A stretch of DNA of 63,510 bases, counting the filler, from Licmophora abbreviata (Eukaryota): the NCBI GenBank assembly GCA_900291995.1. It is 12 parts of 12 records of this genome, joined end to end, with 100 filler letters (N's around TTAATTAATTAA, not from the genome) between each part and the next. Parts side by side here need not be neighbours in the genome. Positions count along the whole stretch, not along the records: positions 22,788 to 37,819 come from OLMU01000581.1; positions 37,920 to 41,233 come from OLMU01000582.1; positions 41,334 to 43,029 come from OLMU01000583.1; positions 43,130 to 46,161 come from OLMU01000584.1; 8 more parts are not named here. One strand, given 5' to 3'. The position numbers and the translations under genes are program-made. Positions 32,586-43,282 of this stretch are shown one piece after another; within the stretch, counting starts at the first letter, position 1, and each line of letters starts with the position of its first letter. Below the pieces are notes generated by a model, which saw only the letters and a program-made list of their open reading frames with translations, was not told where the DNA came from and ran no database searches.

Positions 32586-35180
32586 ATGTCAACGACTGCA
32601 TATGAACCCACCACCGTGTCGCCGTCCTCTGTCGTGAGGGAAGATACGCACCATGGAAGTGACGCTGAAGGAAATAGCACTGATGGAGAGGAAGTTTCTC
32701 TGCCAGTCCTCCAACTATCGTCGACTCAATCTTGGTATGAGCGAGAGTACGTAGAAGCCTCTGCTGCTACAAGCGACAGCGAACAGGGAGTCGTTTCAAA
32801 AGAGAGTACCGAACGCGATGGTCATGGAGCGCTACCGCCGGCTCCGCTACATCTGTCCTCAACACAGTCCTGGTATGAACGCGAGTATGGAAATTCGACG
32901 TCGGCGAGCGAAAGGGGTGGGGACGACCTGAACCAGACTAACGCTGTGATGGACAGATCGCTGGATGAGCATCCTTCACGTGAAGAGGTCTCGCCGTGGT
33001 TGGGTCGTGGCCGAGACACCGACGATCTGATTGACGGTAGTGATGCTTCATATTCCGACTACAGTGACGATAGTTCCGACGGCAGTACTTTGACGACAGA
33101 GGACGAGATTCCCGAGCCCCTTCCTCTCCTATCTAGCCACACTACTGTCATGGCGATCGGCATTTACGACGCAGCTGCACCTGTTGTCCCGGAAGACTAC
33201 AGTCATGCCGAAGAGGAATCACAGGAAGAGAGAGCTCACGAGGAAAAGAATGTCACGGAACGAGACGATGATGAACATTCTACGGAAGATATCATTCTTG
33301 AAGCTGTCTCAGGTGCCATAGCAGAGAAAGTTGCTACCGAAGAGCACGACGAGAAGAGTCGACGCAAGGAGGAGGAGGCTATTGCTGCAGTTTCTGCTAG
33401 TGTTGCGCGTCGGCCCACTAGCTTCGTTACACCAGAAAAAAAGAAAGAGAAACTAGATAGAGAGGACCAGAAATTGGCCGCTATTTCCCGTAGCCTGTCG
33501 CAGTCTACGTCAGCTGCACTGACCGATTCAAATGACATCGACGATCAGGGCACGATCAACATTGGCGTCGATATGTTTCAAGACAATGAAGATGAGCTCG
33601 ATCTGGAGGCGCAGGCTGGAATCCCTGTAGCAATACCCGGAGCGTTTGCTGTCGAAGGCATGGACGCGGCTGACGATGGTCGACTTCTTACAGGGTACGA
33701 TTCTGGTTTTGAGGACGACGAAGATGCGTCTGAATCAATTGAAGAAACTCAGCTTGAGACAAATGAGGCCGCGCCTATCGTTCGGGGGGAAGTACACCGA
33801 AATCGCAATGACAGCATGCTCGTCGACGGTCTGCCTGTTTTCGACGACGAGGATCCCACAGCAACGGACGGAGACAGGAAATCGAACAAAGTACTTCGGA
33901 TTGCGTTGATTGTGGCTTGTGCTATGATCGTTGCGGTTGCTGTGATAGTCGCGCTTCTTATTACGAAAGACACTAGCGGCTCTCCAACTGAACCGAGCAG
34001 CGTTGTCCTGGGGGAGCCGCTTCTGGGCCCAGAAGGCAACGACGAGGCCCGCTTTGGTCACTCCGTTTCTCTGTCTTCGAATGGAACGCTTCTTGCCGTA
34101 GGCATTCCTGGATGGGACCAAGGGGACGGCATTGGGAGGAACATCTCCGTCGGCCAGTCTCACATCTACGCATTTGACGCGAGTTCATCGTCGTATGCAC
34201 AGCTTGGCCTGGAGATAGACGGTCCTGGTCCCGGGGCCGAAGCTGGGAAGGCCATTTCACTATCTGGCGACTCCCGCCGTGTTGCCGTCGCCTCCCCAAG
34301 CTGGCAGGGAGGCGTAGTAGCCATATACGCAGTTCCGAACTCAGCTACGGGCTCGTGGATCCAGATCGGACAAACTCTCCTGGACCAGATGGGGGAGACG
34401 GCCGACTTTGGTTTCGATGTTGATCTATCGGAGGACGGCCGCACAATTGCCGTAGGATCCCCGTCCGCAAATGGTGGCGCCGGTTTTGTTCATGTATATC
34501 AAGAGATGGAGGGGTCGTGGACTGAACTTGGTGAACGATTCTCAGGACGTGACCAGGACTTTGCTGGATATTCTGTGGCAATATCCGCAGATGGAGTGCG
34601 AGTCGCGATCGGGGCGATTGGTAGCTCTTTGGATCGCCCTGGTAGGGTCCAAGTGCTTGTGTTTAACGGCACCGAGTGGGAAACGATGGGGAGTCCCCTC
34701 GATGGCGAGAGTGCTCAAGACAGATTCGGTCATGCGGTTGCGCTATCGAGTGATGGTTTCATCCTTGCTGTTGGGGCTTCAGGTGGGATCAGTGCTGGGC
34801 AGTTCGTCCGTGTCTTCCAGTACAACGAAGAAGAGAAGTCTTGGAGGCAGCTTGGCAATACGCTGTCCTCAAGCGCAGCTACGGGAAGTTTTGGGTTTTC
34901 GGTCTCGCTGTCTGCGGATGGTGGCATCCTTGCCATTGGCAGTCCTAGCAGCGACGACTTTGGAGTGGACAGCGGTAAACTTTCTGTCTTCCAGTACGAG
35001 GGAAGCGACTGGGTCCCGTTGGTTCAAGATATTGGGGGTAACGAGGGCGACAGCTTGGGGTATGCTGTGTCGCTTTCCTGGGATGGCCGCCGCGTTGCTG
35101 GAGGATCTCCTACGACAAATTTTGACGGCAGGCCGAACGATGTCGGTAAGACCACTGTGTATGCACTTGTCGAGGTGTAA
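32586..35180 (+). CDS. Single-pass membrane protein: acidic N-terminal region plus FG-GAP-like beta-propeller
   Basis: TM segment IALIVACAMIVAVAVIVALLI, followed by seven (F/A)G.SVSLS.DG..(L/V)AVG.P repeats. Confidence 0.82.
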   Translation: MSTTAYEPTTVSPSSVVREDTHHGSDAEGNSTDGEEVSLPVLQLSSTQSWYEREYVEASAATSDSEQGVVSKESTERDGHGALPPAPLHLSSTQSWYEREYGNSTSASERGGDDLNQTNAVMDRSLDEHPSREEVSPWLGRGRDTDDLIDGSDASYSDYSDDSSDGSTLTTEDEIPEPLPLLSSHTTVMAIGIYDAAAPVVPEDYSHAEEESQEERAHEEKNVTERDDDEHSTEDIILEAVSGAIAEKVATEEHDEKSRRKEEEAIAAVSASVARRPTSFVTPEKKKEKLDREDQKLAAISRSLSQSTSAALTDSNDIDDQGTINIGVDMFQDNEDELDLEAQAGIPVAIPGAFAVEGMDAADDGRLLTGYDSGFEDDEDASESIEETQLETNEAAPIVRGEVHRNRNDSMLVDGLPVFDDEDPTATDGDRKSNKVLRIALIVACAMIVAVAVIVALLITKDTSGSPTEPSSVVLGEPLLGPEGNDEARFGHSVSLSSNGTLLAVGIPGWDQGDGIGRNISVGQSHIYAFDASSSSYAQLGLEIDGPGPGAEAGKAISLSGDSRRVAVASPSWQGGVVAIYAVPNSATGSWIQIGQTLLDQMGETADFGFDVDLSEDGRTIAVGSPSANGGAGFVHVYQEMEGSWTELGERFSGRDQDFAGYSVAISADGVRVAIGAIGSSLDRPGRVQVLVFNGTEWETMGSPLDGESAQDRFGHAVALSSDGFILAVGASGGISAGQFVRVFQYNEEEKSWRQLGNTLSSSAATGSFGFSVSLSADGGILAIGSPSSDDFGVDSGKLSVFQYEGSDWVPLVQDIGGNEGDSLGYAVSLSWDGRRVAGGSPTTNFDGRPNDVGKTTVYALVEV

Positions 35181-35308
35181 GGGAAATTTCTGTGCATCAT
35201 GATAGTAAGCAAGACAATCGACATCGAACAAACAAATACATACATATGGGGGCAGGGGATAGTCATTATACGAAGTAATACTTAGGGGTTGGGCATGGGA
35301 AACAATCA

Positions 35309-36937
35309 TTAGACTTTTTCACTCTTCTTCGATATCGGCAATATTTCCATCCCTTTGTCGGTCGTGTCTTCCTTAGCCAGTCCCTGATATTTCGTTGACT
35401 GTCTGGCGAAACCGAATTTCTTCACCTGCATAACCTGTGGCAAGTTCCTCTTGTCAATCTTATCGTCGCCAGTGGCAGCTCTGGCGTACTCCTTTGCCTT
35501 GTGGCGCACATCATTCGCGTCCCATTCCGTGTCGTCCATGTAAAATGCTCCTCTGTGGAAAAAACGCTGCATGTAATGGCTCTGGCTGTCCCCATTCTGC
35601 CCCTCGGAGTCCGGGTCGTTTTGTTCTTTAATTAGTTTGTCTTCCAGCATTCGTTCTTCGTCCGTCATTTGCTTCCGACGCTCATATTCCCTCGTCTCCT
35701 CCTCAAGCTCAAGTCGCAAGTCTTGCTCCTCGAGAACCCGTTGCAGCTCTCGTACTTCCCAGGCATCTCGTTCACGTTCTCGTTCCACATGATCGACAGG
35801 ATCGCTATCATCCGGCGGGGAATTCAAGGCACCACCCGACTCATCCAGAATCTCGTCACTGTTCGCCTGTGACCCACGTCCCCCATCTGCAGCTACTACC
35901 TGAGCAACGAGCGCTCTCGACTCCATTTGCCGCTTCTGCAAATCTTCATGCCGTTTTCGCTCAGCCAATTGCTGTTCCTCCTCCTCCTTCTCGACCGACG
36001 TTACCATATTGCGCTTATGCTTTGGGACAAATAGAGGTTTGGCAAGTGCTGGTGGCGGAGCAACATCGTCATCATCACTGCTCGAGTCTGATGATGAAGA
36101 AGAAGATGATGAGTCTTCTCCGTCTCCACTGCTGTCGCTGCTATTTGATGACGCCGAAGGAGGCCCCGCTCCCGACGTTCCCAGGAGTTTCTTCTCTGTC
36201 AGTCCCTTTTGTACCAGAGGCTTCTCTATACGCGGTACAATCTCGTCCACGACTTTATTTTGCACAGCCAGTTGCTGTTGTTTCTTGGCGAGAAGTCTCT
36301 GTCTTCTATCATCTACAGAATCGTCATCGTCGTCGTCACTAGACGAGGAGGCGCGACGCCTTCGACGGCGTGGTGGTTCACTCTCGTCACTAGAATCACT
36401 GCTGCTGCTATCATCATGTCTCTCGTGTCGCTTCTTCTCTAAAGGCCGATCCCGACGAAGTACAATCTGAGGTTCCGCCTTGACGCGCTTCGTCTTGGCT
36501 CTCGATACAACAAATCCTTCTTCTTCCTCGTCGTCGTCTTCGTCTTGTGAATCATGGTGACGGCGTTGTTTTTCTCCGTCTAACTGCCGGTCCTGCTTAC
36601 TAGTCTCTTCTTCCAGTTCCCGGAGGAGAGCTTGACGTGCGGTGGGACGCTTGGAGGTCGCGCGCCAACGCTGTCGACCAGCCGCAAGGGCGACTGCCTG
36701 TTCCGCCTTTTCGGTCTCCTTCTTCTTGAGCAGTGCAGCCGTCTGAGCAGTCGTGAGTTTGGATACATCCAAGGATGTATCAGCAGTAGTGGTGAAAGGA
36801 CGTTTGCCGTGAGGCAGCAGGGCAGCGGAGCCATCCGCCGTACTGGTGGTCAGCAGCGTCTCTGGCAGAGAGCCTCCCAAGAGTGCTGCCATTTCGTTCC
36901 TTCCAAAGTCTTGCTGTTGGCCTTTTCCGGAAGACAT
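35309..36937 (-). CDS. MFAP1: Spliceosomal microfibrillar-associated protein 1
   Basis: KPLFVPK..R, AWEVRELQR, MQRFFHRGAFY, LPQVMQVKKFG..R.TKYQGL..EDTT. Confidence 0.88.
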   Translation of the reverse strand: MSSGKGQQQDFGRNEMAALLGGSLPETLLTTSTADGSAALLPHGKRPFTTTADTSLDVSKLTTAQTAALLKKKETEKAEQAVALAAGRQRWRATSKRPTARQALLRELEEETSKQDRQLDGEKQRRHHDSQDEDDDEEEEGFVVSRAKTKRVKAEPQIVLRRDRPLEKKRHERHDDSSSSDSSDESEPPRRRRRRASSSSDDDDDDSVDDRRQRLLAKKQQQLAVQNKVVDEIVPRIEKPLVQKGLTEKKLLGTSGAGPPSASSNSSDSSGDGEDSSSSSSSSDSSSDDDDVAPPPALAKPLFVPKHKRNMVTSVEKEEEEQQLAERKRHEDLQKRQMESRALVAQVVAADGGRGSQANSDEILDESGGALNSPPDDSDPVDHVERERERDAWEVRELQRVLEEQDLRLELEEETREYERRKQMTDEERMLEDKLIKEQNDPDSEGQNGDSQSHYMQRFFHRGAFYMDDTEWDANDVRHKAKEYARAATGDDKIDKRNLPQVMQVKKFGFARQSTKYQGLAKEDTTDKGMEILPISKKSEKV

Positions 36938-37919
36938 GGTTGCAGTCGGAGATACTGTGTGGTATGATACCAGGTGCATTCAACATGAATGAATTGGGCT
37001 CATCCTCGTCAAAGCGGCGCTAGGTCTAGGTTCCTACTCGTACTCTCAGTCTCTCGAACTCTCCTCGTGTCGATTGGGAAACCCTGTACAGCCCCCCAGT
37101 CGACGTCAGCAGTCTGTGCGCCAGTGGGCTCTCTGTGCAGTTGGCCCGACTTTAGAAGAAATTGACAAGTCGAAAATTGAAACACCCAACCATTGTATTG
37201 CATCTCGCCGTCACCATGTCACAATTTTGGGTCACCTTTCATTTCCAGCATTGTGAGATGCACAGTGGGTGTGTGTGAGAGGGGAGGGAGTTTTCTTCAA
37301 TGAGAGTTCTCCTTACGAGGCTCCGTACCAGCAAAGCAGCTCACATTATCTTCGACTGCTCTGTAGCTGCTGCAGAAATGTTGCGGTGAGTGAATCGCTT
37401 CTTTACGGTGCCTCGATGTATTTCCGCAAGGGATTCGATTACTTGATCCTTCCTTCTATAAAAAGGGAACTAATTTGTTATGTTTCTATTCGGATGCAGT
37501 TGTTTCGAGTGATACTTGGCTCATCCCTCGACCAAGTATAGTTCGGCTCGACTTTGTTGAGTGTGGTGAGACCAAGAAGGTTGATTCGATTCGCGAGCCA
37601 CTTGAGGGGTCGTTTGGTTTCGACTCGGTTATACTTATTCAGTTATGCCGATATGAGCTGCGGAGATTCCTGGGCGAGTCGACAGCATCGACCAACTTGT
37701 TGTTCATTCTTTCGGCTGCCTCTGATCGCGCTGAATAAGTGGGCCTGGCTGTGTCTTCTGTCGTCTGTCTTTTCGGACGGCGGGCGTGTCGATCTCGTCG
37801 ACCGACTTGTTGGCTTGTTNNNNNNNNNNNNNNNNNNNNNNNNNNNNNNNNNNNNNNNNNNNNTTAATTAATTAANNNNNNNNNNNNNNNNNNNNNNNNN
37901 NNNNNNNNNNNNNNNNNNN

Positions 37920-38841
37920 ACCTCAGACGAGTCCAATGCTGCTGAGCGTCCTTGTGGGCACTGGCGCACAGATTGGCGCGGCCTTCTTGCTGTCGATGAT
38001 GAGTGCCATTCTGGGACTGCTGAATCCGATGAAGAAGGGTCAGACTCTCACGGCGATGATTGTGCTCTACGTCCTATGCGGCAGCGTGGCTGGATACGTA
38101 TCGGCGCGAATCTACAAGTATTGCGACGCCAAGGCCTGGAAGCGAAACACCCTGTTGACCGCCGCAGGACTGCCTTCTGCACTCTTTGCGATCTTTTCGG
38201 TTCTTAATGTCTTCTTGAGCATTGCTGGTGCTGCCACGGCCGTGTCGTTCTTGACACTCTTGGCTCTCTTTTTGCTTTGGGTCTGCGTCTCGGCCCCGCT
38301 CGTGTTTGTCGGCAGCTTTTTCGGATTCCGCGCCGAGAAGATCCCCGTTCCTACCAAGACGAACCAAATTGCCCGTTTCGTCCCCGAACTTCCGTGGTAC
38401 TCTACCCCTCCGTTCTCTGTGTTGCTTGGGGGCATTCTTCCGTTCGGATCCGTCTGCATTGAGCTATTCTTCATCATGAGCGCCCTCTGGCTGCACCAGA
38501 TCTACTACGTGATGGGCTTTTTGCTTGTTGTAATGTTGATCCTTGGCGCGACATGCGCCGAAGTCGCAATGGTTATGACGTATCTACAGCTCTGCAGCGA
38601 AGATCACCGCTGGTGGTGGAAGTCGTTCTTCAACTGCGCGGCTGCAGGCTTGTACCTCTTCCTGTACAGCTTATGGTTCTTGTCGTCGCGATTGGATTTG
38701 GTCGGATTCCTGCCCATTATTGTGTACTTGACGTATATGGGTATGATTGCGTTCTGCTTTTCTCTCTTTTGTGGTTCCATCGGTATGATGATGAGCTTTT
38801 GGTTCAACAAGACGATTTACGGTGCTCTCAAGGTCGACTAA
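37920..38841 (+). CDS. Transmembrane 9 superfamily (nonaspanin/EMP70) protein, C-terminal part
   Basis: LSVLVGTGAQ, PTKTNQIAR, GGILPFG...IEL.FI, Y.QLCSEDHRWWW.SF, IYG.LKVD C-terminus (KxD). Confidence 0.92.
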
Positions 38842-39021
38842 GAGTATGGGTAGGCGATGAACTGGATCGCAAGCGTCCGAGAGAGAGGATAAGTCGACAC
38901 AATTGGTAACGAACGGGCCTATTACGAGTTATCTTATTTACAATGAACTCAAAAACGTTGCAGAGAGATTAGAACGCGTTTTCGTATCCCGTATATCATA
39001 TATTCTATCGATCGGCAGGAG

Positions 39022-39858
39022 CTACGATACAGTGGACTGTATCTCCGTGACGACGAGTCCTCTCGCCTTCCCACTCGTCACGTCCATGGTATTGACGGCG
39101 TTGAACAAACGACGTGCATCGCATAGAAAGAATCCATGCTTGGGATTGACGTCAAATACCGCCACCAGATCTTCTTCTACGAGGTAGCCAAGTATTGGAC
39201 TAAAATGGCCTCCCATGATGGCGAGCATCCAACTTGATGGTAGATACGAAGGAGAAGGAAAGCCCGACAAGGAGGCACGATGGAAGTTCACAGCCACTCG
39301 ACACTGTTTGGGATCGTTCGACCGCAGCAAGGCGTTACGGAACGCCTCGTAGCCAGCCGAGCCGTACAGGACGGTGCTTTTCAAAGAGAGAGCCTCCTCC
39401 GCTCGCGATAAGCTGGACGCAAATTCGTCGGCCGTAGCTGGGCCTCCTCGTATCAGCCGCGACGGCAACTGTCCTGTCGGAAAGCCAGGAACACTCTTAC
39501 AGATACATCGTTGAGTCGTGACACTACAAAAGCCATCCATGACTTGGTATTCAAGGGCCTTGGACTTTAGATACACTTGAACAGACTCGAGCGAGAGTAC
39601 TTTCTTGAACAGCGAGTTGTTCCGTGGGCAACGAATTGGAGACTGCCGCGCCAGTTGCCACAGTCTCGTCATGACGAAAGGACCTCTTACGAGGTACAAG
39701 AACATGAGTGTAGGAGCACATGCGATACAAAGAGTCCCCAAGAATAGAAACTTGAACACTGTACTTGACGATTGGTCTGTGGGTGGTGATGGCCCGAGGG
39801 CGAATGATGCGGTCGTCGCACTGGGGCTGGCCTGTTTCGAAGTTTCCTCTGGAGCCAT
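39022..39858 (-). CDS. Phytochelatin-synthase-family (papain-like) protein, short form with N-terminal TM segment
   Basis: Q..DGFCSV (Cys), VNFHR..L, GGHFSPILGY (His), DLVAVFDV (Asp), RLFNAV.T.D..SGK.RG. Confidence 0.8.
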   Translation of the reverse strand: MAPEETSKQASPSATTASFALGPSPPTDQSSSTVFKFLFLGTLCIACAPTLMFLYLVRGPFVMTRLWQLARQSPIRCPRNNSLFKKVLSLESVQVYLKSKALEYQVMDGFCSVTTQRCICKSVPGFPTGQLPSRLIRGGPATADEFASSLSRAEEALSLKSTVLYGSAGYEAFRNALLRSNDPKQCRVAVNFHRASLSGFPSPSYLPSSWMLAIMGGHFSPILGYLVEEDLVAVFDVNPKHGFFLCDARRLFNAVNTMDVTSGKARGLVVTEIQSTVS

Positions 39859-40311
39859 TTCGAAGAGCCGAGTTCTATCCGAAAGCTCGATCCTTCGTTG
39901 AAACAGCCATGTTAGATCCGAGCCAGAAGCTGAAGTCTGTTCCTTGTGTTGTTGTCGCCGCGATGCTGTCGCCCTGATCGCGTTGATGCCGCGACGCCGT
40001 GTGTGAAGCGCGCGGGGCGAGAGGCGAGACTATAAATTCGAGGAGCTGAAATGAGCTTTGGTTGAAGATAATGAAATCATTGCGAGAGCTATCATCTCGT
40101 CTCCAGGTCTTACTCTAACATGTAACAAAGTAAGTCGTTCCTTATGGTGTATCAGAGACATGTGTGGTGTGAGGGCCGTACGCGATGGTTGTTCAAGCAT
40201 GTTGCGACAATGCGACTATGGAAGTCACAGATCATAAGAGCATAAAAGAAACAATCGTTCAAAACATGACTGTTAATGTTACTGTCCCTACGAGTTGCTA
40301 TATCCTGATGA

Positions 40312-42472
40312 TTAGTCGACCTTGACGGCGCCGTAAATCTTGCGTGTAAACCAAGCGCTGGACATGAATCCCACAGCGCCACAAAACACGCCAAAACAAA
40401 TGGCAATCATTCCCATGTATGTCAAGTACACAATGACAGGCAGCAATCCGACCAAATCCAATCGCGACGACAAGAACCACAAGGCGTAGGCGTAGAGGTA
40501 GGCACCCGCAGACGCGCAGTTGAAGAATGACTTCCACCACCAGCGGTGATCTTCGCTGCACAACTGCAAGTACGTCATGACAATGGAGACTTGAGCGCAC
40601 GTGGCAGCGAGGATCAAAAGGACAGCAAGCAAGAAGCCCATCACGTAGTATATCTGATGCAACCACAACGCGCTCATGATGAAGGCAAGCTCGATGCACA
40701 CGGACCCGAACGGAAGGATACCGCCTAGTAGAATCGTGGCAGACGAGCTGACATGCCACGGTACGTCGGGGACGACGCGAGCAATCTGGTTTGTCTTGGT
40801 AGGAACTTCCACTTTAGCCGCTCGAAGACCGAAGAAGCTGCCAATAAAGACGAGCGGAGCCGAGACAAACATCCAAAGCGAAAAGATGGCGAGGATCGTC
40901 AGGAAAGGCACCGCCGTCGCCGCGCCAGCGAATCCGAGAAAGATGTTGAGAACCACAAACATGGCCACCAGCGAGCCAGGGAGACCCATCGCAGTCATGA
41001 TGGCATTTCGCTTCCAAGCCTTGGCGTCGCAATACTTGTAGATTCGCGCCGATACGTATCCAGCCACGCTGCCGCATAGGACATACATCACAACAATGAC
41101 GGTCAATGTCTGACCCTTCTTCATCGGATTCAGCATGCCCATGGCAAACAACATCATTGCTGTGAAGAAAGCCGCGCCAATCTGTGCGCCAGTGCCCACG
41201 AGGACGCTCAGCAGCATTGGATTCGTCTGAGGCNNNNNNNNNNNNNNNNNNNNNNNNNNNNNNNNNNNNNNNNNNNNTTAATTAATTAANNNNNNNNNNN
41301 NNNNNNNNNNNNNNNNNNNNNNNNNNNNNNNNNAAGGTAGACGTCCCAGCGGTCGGACCAAGGCAAGTCCGACGGTATCCACTGAACTTCGTAGGAGTAC
41401 ATGACAGTGAGCGCCTCTCCAGTCGTGCCCTGACGGAGAGAAAGGTACGTGTTGGGGTTGTTTGCGACTTCCGGAGCGCCCGGAGCGTTGCAAGTAGCAA
41501 CAGATGCGATGTCTCCAGATGACTCGATCTTGTGCTCTATGGAGACCGGGTGTACATCGAAACCCGTGATGCGCATTCCCTTGAACTCGCTGGGTTCTTC
41601 GCGGTACGTGATGGTGAACTTGAGATGGTTGTAAAGATAGTACTCGTCGTTCTTGAGTCCCGTGTAGGAAGGAGGAGCCTTGAAACCGACGGGCTGCAGT
41701 TGAGAGAATAACATTGAAGCGTGAGTCGGATCGACAAAGCTTCAAATCAAAAGTACGGCAAAGTACAACAAAGAATTCAAGCCTCCCACAGCAACAACGA
41801 AGGACTTACGTATCCACGAACGGCGTAATTGAGTTCCTTGCTTCGCATGAGGACCGGGAGCTGATCGAGAGTAAGCTGCACACGGTACTGACGCTCTACG
41901 AGCTTGCGCACCCAGCGCAGCTTGTTGCCGCCCATGGTGACGATGCACATGGGAATGCAGCCCTGATTCTGCAGAGCATTCAACGCATACGAAGCAGGCT
42001 TTTCGGCGTGTCCCTGAAGGCGACTGCCGAGATTCTTCCGGACTTTCTTATTTTTGATATCAGGAGGACTGCAAACAGGAAGATCGAAGAACTCAAAGGG
42101 TACCTGAGTTTTCTTAGACTCGACCAGATCGGCATAAATGAGCAAATCTTCGCCGTGGCTGTATTCCTCGGGAGAGACTCCAGGGAACAAGACTTGAGCA
42201 AGACTCGCCTGTCTCTTTCGGATCAGTCCCTTGCGTTTCTTCGAGCGCAGCCTGTAGTTCCTCATCGCAGCGGCCTCTTGCGTGTTGCTTACTTCGTCCA
42301 CGCCAGACTTGCGAAGATCAACGTACTTTTGCTGCTCTTCTTTCGCCAGACTCGCTTTCTCCTTCCGACTCAGCTTCTTGGTAGCTGGTGGCGCTGCATC
42401 CTTGGCCTCGACCGGCACGGTCAGCAGCGACAGAGCCCAGAGGGCCAACAAGAGAGCCGTCTTCATCGCCAT
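40312..42472 (-). CDS. Transmembrane 9 superfamily protein spanning a gap; intron 41694..41809
   Basis: Signal peptide, PGVSP.EY, NLGSRLQG, LDQLP, splice VRGY|PVGF, YLYNHL.F, W..RWD.YL; TM9 C-terminus ending KVD. Confidence 0.9.
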
Positions 42473-43282
42473 GGTCAGAGAGTGCGTACGAAATGCTGCG
42501 TGCAGTCGAGGATGAGCCAGCTACAGTACAGTCTTGTGTAGGATTCTACGCAATGGTCATTCTTCACTGACTGAACAGACTCGTCGCCGACCCGGCGCGC
42601 GTCATTTTTTTGTCTCGTCGCGGCGCCGGCTACGGAGTACTCCAGAGTATGTAACATAGATCGTCACACTCCATCTCGATTGTTTCCAACATAGTCTAGG
42701 AGAACGTATTGCCTGACGCAGCACAAGTACAATTATCTTACTGTTTTTTCCAAACCGTGCATTCTACTTCACCATTCGATAGATAATAGTAGGCATGCGA
42801 CACGGTGGGTCACACAGATTGAAGTCTCACACGTATGTGTATGCACATTGCTTCACATGCTGTGACCCTCGAGACGCGACAAACCCACAACCGCAACGCG
42901 GCACAGGACAAGCGACGAGGACTAACCCAACAGTAGATCCATTTTATACATTCGTTTCAAACCGCGCTTCGACGCTCGCCAAACCGCGACGTCCGGCACG
43001 GTTCTCATTGAACATATAGGCTATGAAAGNNNNNNNNNNNNNNNNNNNNNNNNNNNNNNNNNNNNNNNNNNNNTTAATTAATTAANNNNNNNNNNNNNNN
43101 NNNNNNNNNNNNNNNNNNNNNNNNNNNNNATTGAACATATAGGCTATGAAAGCCTATCTACTCTCTATTCTCTAGCTAGTGTGCGAACCCTCATTAACAA
43201 AAAAAGTTGGACTACACCCATGATCACCATAGGTAGGCCAACGGAGAAACAGGACGAATTTACCGCTTTCACTGCCCCAAGC

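Noticed and set aside
34471..35202. 243-aa alternative-frame ORF
   Set aside because: Overlaps the beta-propeller CDS in another frame; no recognisable features.
37554..37819. Possible gene tail next to a gap
   Set aside because: No frame gives a recognisable protein.
41714..42541. 275-aa plus-strand ORF
   Set aside because: Lies antisense to the well-supported TM9SF gene and has no motifs.
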